Source: Campylobacteraceae bacterium (lineage in GTDB: Bacteria; Campylobacterota; Campylobacteria; Campylobacterales; Sulfurospirillaceae). From it: 32,803 bases of DNA. This document shows positions 27,364 through 32,803 of this stretch, piece by piece. The stretch is from contig JAFLKZ010000013.1 of assembly GCA_019162915.1 (NCBI GenBank), positions 34,522 to 67,324 on the forward strand. Direction: 5' to 3'. Within the stretch, counting starts at the first letter, position 1. The number at the start of each line of letters is the position of its first letter. Under the pieces are notes generated by a model, which was not told the DNA's origin, made no database searches, and saw only the letters and a program-made list of their open reading frames with translations. Made by a program: the position numbers and the translations under genes.

Positions 27364-28337
27364 TTATTTTAGTCTTTCACTTAAAATATTGATGATAAGT
27401 TTTACCATCAACTCTTTTTGCCCAGAGTCACTTGAAGCTACCAAAAGCGCCAATGAAACTAAAGCGTTATCATTTATCTTTGGCTCGCCATTTGTCTTAT
27501 AAACAAAAATGAACCGATGCGTTTATTTCCATCACTAAAAGTATGGTCTTTGATGACATAATACAGCAAATTTGCCGCTTTTTCTTCGATACTTGGAAGC
27601 AAGTCAACTCCTCCAAAGGTTTGATAGATATTGAGCAGCGCCCCTTTAAACTCTCCTGCTTTTTCATTACCAAAAAGCTCCGTAGCATCACCTTTTCCCA
27701 TCAAGTCTTTCTTAATCTCACGAATAGCATTTTTAGCCTCGTCATAATCCAAAACAAATCTCTGCTCACATGTACCGTGCAACGCATGAAGCGCATTTGA
27801 ATCATAACCTTGAAGCAATGCCCATGTTTTGGCATAGTTGTTAATAATGTCAAAAAGCCCTTTGGCTTCATTACTGCCAAGTTCTTTACTTTCGATACTT
27901 TTGCGTACCAGCTCCATAGTTGCAGTGAGTTCGTTTAACCCTTGTTTTGAAAGACGTTGCTGATTGAGGGCATAACCTTTGATAAGGTATTCTTTGAGGA
28001 TTTTACTTGCCCAGAAACGAAACTGCGTACCTCTTTTAGACTTGACACGATAGCCCACAGAGATGATGACATCAAGATTGTAAAAAGCAACGTCTCTTTC
28101 TACTTCTCTTTTACCCTCAATTTGAACTATCCGGAAATTCCGGATAGTTGAGTTTTCTTCAAGCTCACCTTCTTTAAAAACATTTCCAATGTGTTCATTG
28201 ATAGTTTTTACATTTTTATCAAAAAGCTCCGCCATCTGCTTTTGACTCAACCAAACAGTCTCATTCTCCAAACTAACTTCTAGACTCACTTGCCCCAAGG
28301 CATCAGTATATAAAACAACATTTTGCGTCTCTTGCAT
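27364..28337 (-). pseudogene. RhuM/Fic-DOC family protein, frameshifted after the Fic motif
   Basis: RhuM N-terminus (ETVWLSQKQMAELF, YNLDVIISVGYRVKS) and Fic motif variant HTFSDGNKRIG. The frame stops at 27474, but the family's typical C-terminus YKTNGEPKINDNALVSLALLVA...KELMVKLIINIL continues in the -1 frame to TAA at 27364. Start at ATG 28337 (GAGGA RBS). Confidence 0.8.
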
Positions 28338-28456
28338 GTTTACCATCCTCTGTTTTTCTGACATCATTATAACGATTTAGCAAACACTCTTCACCTTTTA
28401 TTACAAAATGAAATATTTATTTTTACCGCTCATTTGTTACCAAAACAACCTCTATA

Positions 28457-28508
28457 TTATTGCCCAAACACAACTAGAGAGCTAAAATCACTTACCATGT
28501 CACTACTT
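28457..28508 (-). pseudogene. 52-bp relic of a GGDEF gene; direct repeat of 32177-32227
   Basis: Manual alignment gives 46/52 identical columns. It still encodes SSDMVSDFSSLVV on the minus strand. Confidence 0.85.
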
Positions 28509-28555
28509 CAAATTTAACTAATTTTTCTTCGTACCCTATCTCAAAAACAGATAAA

Positions 28556-29236
28556 TTAATGACGTCTTCTATTATCTTCATCCCTTTCACTTGGGTGTTG
28601 TGGTTCAACTTTTCGTTGAGGCTCATACTTTTTTGGTTCATGTCTTTCTTCTTTATTGTTGACTTTATTTCTCTCTTGAACAGGAGGACTTGATTCATGG
28701 CGAGGCTGTTCATGTCTTTGTGGCTCAGGTACATAATGCCTTTGTGGTGGCGTATAATGTTTTGGTGGTATTGGCACATATCGCTGTGGATGAGATGGTA
28801 TGTAACGCTCTTCATAACGCTCTTTGCGTCTATTATTATATTCATAATAAATATCTCGCATATCGTGGCGTTCTCTTAAGATAATAAAATCATGCATGTC
28901 TGAGCGAATGCCTAAATAAAGTGCTATATCGTACCATCCATTTTGTCTTCTATCATAATAGACTTGTAGCACATATTCTGGGGATAGCCCTGAAATCTCT
29001 GCTAAACGCAATATCATGTAGGCATCAGCTGGCTCGTAAACACGGTTTAAAATGAGTATCACATCAGATTCCATGATACCAAAACGATTGACAAGTCCAT
29101 AGCGATAACCGTAAGGGTCAGAATGAGAACGCAGGTTAAGATTTAGTCGCCACTCAAAATCAGACGCTTTTAATGTATCCGGTAAGATAAAAGTGCTCAT
29201 CGCAATGAGTACTACAAAAATGTATTTAAAATGCAT
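28556..29236 (-). CDS. Exported hypothetical protein: helical domain plus Pro/His/Arg/Glu-rich low-complexity tail
   Basis: AAGGA RBS and signal peptide ending LKA. Core motif PADAYMILRLAEISG...GWYDIALYLGI, with tail repeats such as PQRYVP, PQRHYVP and PQRHEQPRHE. Confidence 0.8.
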   Translation of the reverse strand: MHFKYIFVVLIAMSTFILPDTLKASDFEWRLNLNLRSHSDPYGYRYGLVNRFGIMESDVILILNRVYEPADAYMILRLAEISGLSPEYVLQVYYDRRQNGWYDIALYLGIRSDMHDFIILRERHDMRDIYYEYNNRRKERYEERYIPSHPQRYVPIPPKHYTPPQRHYVPEPQRHEQPRHESSPPVQERNKVNNKEERHEPKKYEPQRKVEPQHPSERDEDNRRRH

Positions 29237-29371
29237 GATATATTCCTTTAATCTGTTGTAGTTTTAAATGCGTATTATTACTAAATTTTGCACATAAAAT
29301 AATTTTATATTTTCATAAAATTTTAGCGAATAATTGTGAATTTAATGTGGAAAAAGTAAACCTTACACTAC

Positions 29372-29593
29372 TCACCAAGGTCCCATAAATCGTATGGGCT
29401 TATGGTCACATTGTAAAATGTGTTTTGTTTTTCTTCCTTGCACACGTTTGCGCCATCGTTTATAGGCTTTTAGGCTCATGAGTGAGCGCATCATGTTTTT
29501 GAGCTGATTTTCACTAAGCAAAAATTCTTTTTCGATTGCCTCAAATGGGGTTCTATCTTGCCATGCCATTTCTATCAAACGACTCTTTTCCAT
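29372..29593 (-). CDS. TIGR03643 / DUF2805 family protein
   Basis: RLIEMAWQDRTPFEAI...Y.RWRKRV.GRKTKH signature, with AAGGA RBS. Confidence 0.9.
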   Translation of the reverse strand: MEKSRLIEMAWQDRTPFEAIEKEFLLSENQLKNMMRSLMSLKAYKRWRKRVQGRKTKHILQCDHKPIRFMGPW

Positions 29594-29608
29594 TGCTATT
29601 TCCTTGTC

Positions 29609-30469
29609 TTAAAAAAATATTTTACATGTAAGCTTTGAATGTTCTATAGCCTCTTCTTTGGCTTTCGCTTCTACCATGATGTCGATGCTATGTTTATCGT
29701 CTCCTAAAAAAGTACATAAGGTTTCCCAATCCTCTTGTGAGATAAACGGTGCGTGCATCCCTACTTTACCCTCTCCTTGTGAAGAGATATGAACTTTTGG
29801 TCGTTTGCCATCCCAGCTTTGCTTGATACTCATCCAACTCACAGCAGAAGGATTAATGCTATGGTGGAAACTATCAAAAATCATTCCTATACCACAGCGC
29901 TTAGCTAAGTGTAACGTTTCAAGAGCGTTAAAATTGTACTCATCATTTTCAAGCGCAAGATAGGGTTTAAGCCATGGATTTTCTTTAAAAACAGTGTAAA
30001 AACGCTCCATTGTTGCTTCTTTGTTGCCGTGCACCCCTCCTACATGTAAAGTAATAACGCCCTCTTGTGCTCCTAACATATCCAACACTTTCGTACAATA
30101 CGCTAACTCTCTTAAAGAGGCTTCTACCACCAAAGGATTGGGAGAGCCTAGTTGAATGAACTGCCCTGGATGAATACTTAAACGCGTTGAATATGCTTTA
30201 CATGTAAGCCTTGCTTCTTCAAAAAAAGGCTCAAGTTCTTTCCACCATGTCATATCAAATGCGCTGTGTGAGGCGAATGGAACGATGGCATTGCCAAGCC
30301 TAAAAAGAGTGATGCCTCTTGCTTCGCACAACGCTAAGATATGAGGCAAATCTTCCAAATTTTGTCGCACAGTTTGAAATAAACGCTCTTTGGAAAGTGA
30401 CATTAATTTAAAAGAACGGTTAGTGGATAAGATGTTGTCTTTTGTTGAACAAAAAAGCCCAAAGCGCAT
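29609..30469 (-). CDS. uvsE: UV DNA damage endonuclease UvsE/UvdE
   Basis: LFRL...VPFASH, RLSIHPGQFIQLGSP, LHVGG, LALENDE, FDSFHH, PKVHISS and DIMVEAKAKE motifs. Start moved to MRFGLFC at 30469 (AAGGA RBS). Confidence 0.93.
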   Translation of the reverse strand: MRFGLFCSTKDNILSTNRSFKLMSLSKERLFQTVRQNLEDLPHILALCEARGITLFRLGNAIVPFASHSAFDMTWWKELEPFFEEARLTCKAYSTRLSIHPGQFIQLGSPNPLVVEASLRELAYCTKVLDMLGAQEGVITLHVGGVHGNKEATMERFYTVFKENPWLKPYLALENDEYNFNALETLHLAKRCGIGMIFDSFHHSINPSAVSWMSIKQSWDGKRPKVHISSQGEGKVGMHAPFISQEDWETLCTFLGDDKHSIDIMVEAKAKEEAIEHSKLTCKIFF

Positions 30470-30612
30470 TAGATTCCTTTTTTGATGTATTTTAATCCAA
30501 AATAAACTCGTTTTGTAGGGAAACAATGTCATTTAATAAAGAGTCATTTTAAGCCTATGAATCGGACTGTATTTCATGTATGATTGCGGAAGAAGAGTAA
30601 AAAGGAAAAAAT

Positions 30613-32037
30613 ATGCGTGTACTTATCACAGGAGCAACTGGATACATCGGAAGAAGACTCAAATATAGATTACAGCGTGAAAAAAATCTCACGATTCGTT
30701 TGCTAATGAAACAAGATAAATCTTCTTACCCCAATGATGCAGTAGAGGTTTACACAGGCAATACCTTTGATATCCCAAGCCTGCACCTCGCACTTAATGG
30801 TGTTGATGTGGCGTATTATCTCGTGCATGCAATGGACTCACCCAATTACCGAGAACGTGACCGCCAAAGTGCCCATAATTTTTTAGAAGCGTGCATTGCA
30901 CAAGGGGTTAAGCGTATTATCTATTTAGGGGGTCTTGGAGAGAAACAAAGTGCAAGTGAACATTTACTCTCCCGCATCGAAGTGGGTGAAATCCTCAGTT
31001 CACGTCCCGATGCAGTGCAAACACTTTGGTTTCGAGCTGGTGTTATCATAGGCTCAGGCTCTGCTAGCTTTGAGATTATCCGACATTTGGTTGAAAAACT
31101 ACCTTTTATGATTACCCCCAAATGGGTCAACACTTTATGCCAACCTAGCGCTCAAAAAGATGTCATCGAGTATTTAAGCCTTGCAGCATTTTTAGAGATG
31201 AGAGAGAATGCTATCATAGACATAGGCTCAGAAGTGATGTCATATAAAGCTTTGCTTTTAGGTTATGCCAAAGCAGTAGGACTTAGGCGAACACTCATTC
31301 CTGTTCCTTTTTTCTCGCCCAAACTCTCTTCTTATTGGCTTACACTCATGACGCCAGTACCTTATTCCATCGCTTCAGCACTTATCGAAGGTCTTAAAAG
31401 TGAAGTGCTAGTGCGCAATGATAACGCTCAAAAACTTTTTCCCTCCATTGTGCCTATCCCTTACGCACAAGCAGTTGAACTTGCCATTGAAGAGATCAAA
31501 CACGAGCAGATTATCTCACGCTGGTCAGATGCTTCAGGTCACGCGTGGGAAGTAAATCACTCAGACCTTGCCAATGCCATCTACAGTGATCGCCAAATCA
31601 TCCCCATTCACCCCAATGAAAGTGCGTCTGTATATAAAATGTTTTGCAGTGTAGGTGGCAAAAAGGGATGGTTTGGATATGATATTTTGTGGCGCATTCG
31701 AGGAGCTATCGATAAATTGTTTGGAGGATACGGAATTTCTCGTGGACGAAGAGATCCGGTACATCTTCGTATTGGCGATAGTGTTGATTTTTGGAAAGTT
31801 GTAGATTTGCAGGAAGAAAAACGTTTGTTACTCTTTGCACAGATGAAACTTCCAGGTGTTGCATGGTTAGAATTTCTCATCAAAGATGGAAATTTTTACC
31901 AAACTGCCTATTTTTATCCCTATGGACTTGCTGGCAGACTTTATTGGTTTGCACTTATTCCTATTCATTTTTTTGTCTTCAAAGGCATGGCAAACAATCT
32001 TATCCGCTCTGTTCGAAAAGGAGTTGAGGACTCTTAG
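30613..32037 (+). CDS. Atypical SDR NAD(P)-binding oxidoreductase with C-terminal DUF2867 (YbjT-like)
   Basis: TGATGYIG, AYYLVHAM, RAGVIIGSGSASFE, and C-terminal IGDSVDFWKV...LFAQMKLPGVAWLEF...GRLYWF motifs. Confidence 0.92.
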   Translation: MRVLITGATGYIGRRLKYRLQREKNLTIRLLMKQDKSSYPNDAVEVYTGNTFDIPSLHLALNGVDVAYYLVHAMDSPNYRERDRQSAHNFLEACIAQGVKRIIYLGGLGEKQSASEHLLSRIEVGEILSSRPDAVQTLWFRAGVIIGSGSASFEIIRHLVEKLPFMITPKWVNTLCQPSAQKDVIEYLSLAAFLEMRENAIIDIGSEVMSYKALLLGYAKAVGLRRTLIPVPFFSPKLSSYWLTLMTPVPYSIASALIEGLKSEVLVRNDNAQKLFPSIVPIPYAQAVELAIEEIKHEQIISRWSDASGHAWEVNHSDLANAIYSDRQIIPIHPNESASVYKMFCSVGGKKGWFGYDILWRIRGAIDKLFGGYGISRGRRDPVHLRIGDSVDFWKVVDLQEEKRLLLFAQMKLPGVAWLEFLIKDGNFYQTAYFYPYGLAGRLYWFALIPIHFFVFKGMANNLIRSVRKGVEDS

Positions 32038-32068
32038 TTTTTTGTCTCGACAATAATTGTTTCGTGTG

Positions 32069-32102
32069 TTTATCTACACTTTACATGTAAAGTGTAGATA
32101 AA
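32069..32102. terminator. 34-bp perfect palindrome between convergent genes; probable bidirectional terminator
   Basis: TTTATCTACACTTTACA|TGTAAAGTGTAGATAAA, centred on TTACATGTAA. It has no loop spacer. Confidence 0.7.
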
Positions 32103-32115
32103 GAAGCTTTAGGAG

Positions 32116-32803
32116 TTAGATTTCTTCATAGCTTATCACGCAATTACGTCCTTGCTCTTTAGCATTGTAAAGACATTTATCGCCCAACACAACGAGGGAG
32201 CTAAAATCACTCACCATATCACTACTTTGAATCAATCCAATACTAACGGTCACCTGCACCATAATTCCATTGTAATCAATCGTTGTATTTTCAATCGCAT
32301 GACGAATTCTTTCAGCTACTTCTTGGGCTTCTCCTAAATTCGTTTGTGGTAAAACTATGCCAAACTCTTCACCACTCAATCTTCCGATGATGTCATATTC
32401 ACGTGTTTGCTCTAACAATATAGAAGAAATTTTAGCGATAACTTTGTCCCCGCATTCATGCCCATAAGTGTCATTCACTTTTTTAAAATGATCAATGTCA
32501 AGCATCATAAAAGATATACCTTTATCTTCATCCCATCTCCGCCTTGATGCTTCGTACCATGCACGGCGATTTAAAAGGTTGGAGAGACTATCAAGCGACA
32601 TAAGCATGTGATTTTGAAGAGCATTTTGATAAGCTTCTAAGCCATTTTTTCTTCCTAGTATAATAACGGCAAAAACATAGCCCAACAAGGGAAGTGACAA
32701 AGAAATAAACTCAGCGATATGTTGAATAGGCTGATGCGTGAAAATCATTACGGCTAGCATAAACGAAAACTGATACCCTTCCATCACAAAGAAAATTTTC
32801 TTC
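32116..32803 (-). CDS. Membrane-anchored GGDEF-domain protein (SGEEF variant), 5' end beyond the right edge
   Basis: DSLSNLLNRR, LDIDHFKKVNDTYGHECGD, REYD I-site, RLSGEEF, VTVSIG and LYNAKEQGRN motifs. The frame stays open to the window edge (KKIFFVMEGY...). Confidence 0.9.
   Translation of the reverse strand, partial: KKIFFVMEGYQFSFMLAVMIFTHQPIQHIAEFISLSLPLLGYVFAVIILGRKNGLEAYQNALQNHMLMSLDSLSNLLNRRAWYEASRRRWDEDKGISFMMLDIDHFKKVNDTYGHECGDKVIAKISSILLEQTREYDIIGRLSGEEFGIVLPQTNLGEAQEVAERIRHAIENTTIDYNGIMVQVTVSIGLIQSSDMVSDFSSLVVLGDKCLYNAKEQGRNCVISYEEI

Noticed and set aside
28492-28884. Alternative-frame ORFs overlapping the exported hypothetical gene (and similar shadows over the motor, helicase, Fic and SDR genes)
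   Set aside because: They overlap better-supported genes and show no recognisable motifs.
21438-32090. CRISPR array or REP/IS element explanation for the repeated palindrome
   Set aside because: Copies are only 10-14 bp, irregularly spaced and often inside coding sequence, with no cas or transposase genes.

Overview
AT-rich bacterial DNA whose gene content and promoter style (extended TGnTATAAT boxes, AAGGA RBS) point to Campylobacterota, probably Sulfurospirillum-like (inference). The left 22 kb is a single minus-strand locus. In transcription order it holds a MotA/ExbB-family membrane protein with a ~650-aa helical tail, a MotB-like protein, TolC, a small exported protein, a TPR-glycosyltransferase, an output-less Cache-like sensor, and a giant RTX-repeat protein (>4,800 aa, running off the left edge). 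The RTX gene is missing from the ORF track and is split by a -1 frameshift near 13370. The motor pair most resembles SiiB/SiiA of Salmonella SPI-4, so this looks like an ion-driven motor coupled to a type I secreted giant adhesin, with extra glycosylation and sensing components. The right 10 kb holds a NifX-like protein, a FliL-like protein, a Cj0391c-like protein, a Pif1 helicase, an NlpC/P60-M15 peptidase fusion, a deletion-damaged RhuM/Fic gene, a UV/light-type module (DUF2805, uvsE, SDR-DUF2867) and a truncated GGDEF gene. Two further DNA-level signals stand out: the palindrome TTACATGTAA occurs 8 times, all between 21.4 and 32.1 kb and in several reading frames, and a 52-bp GGDEF relic forms a direct repeat around the UV module.
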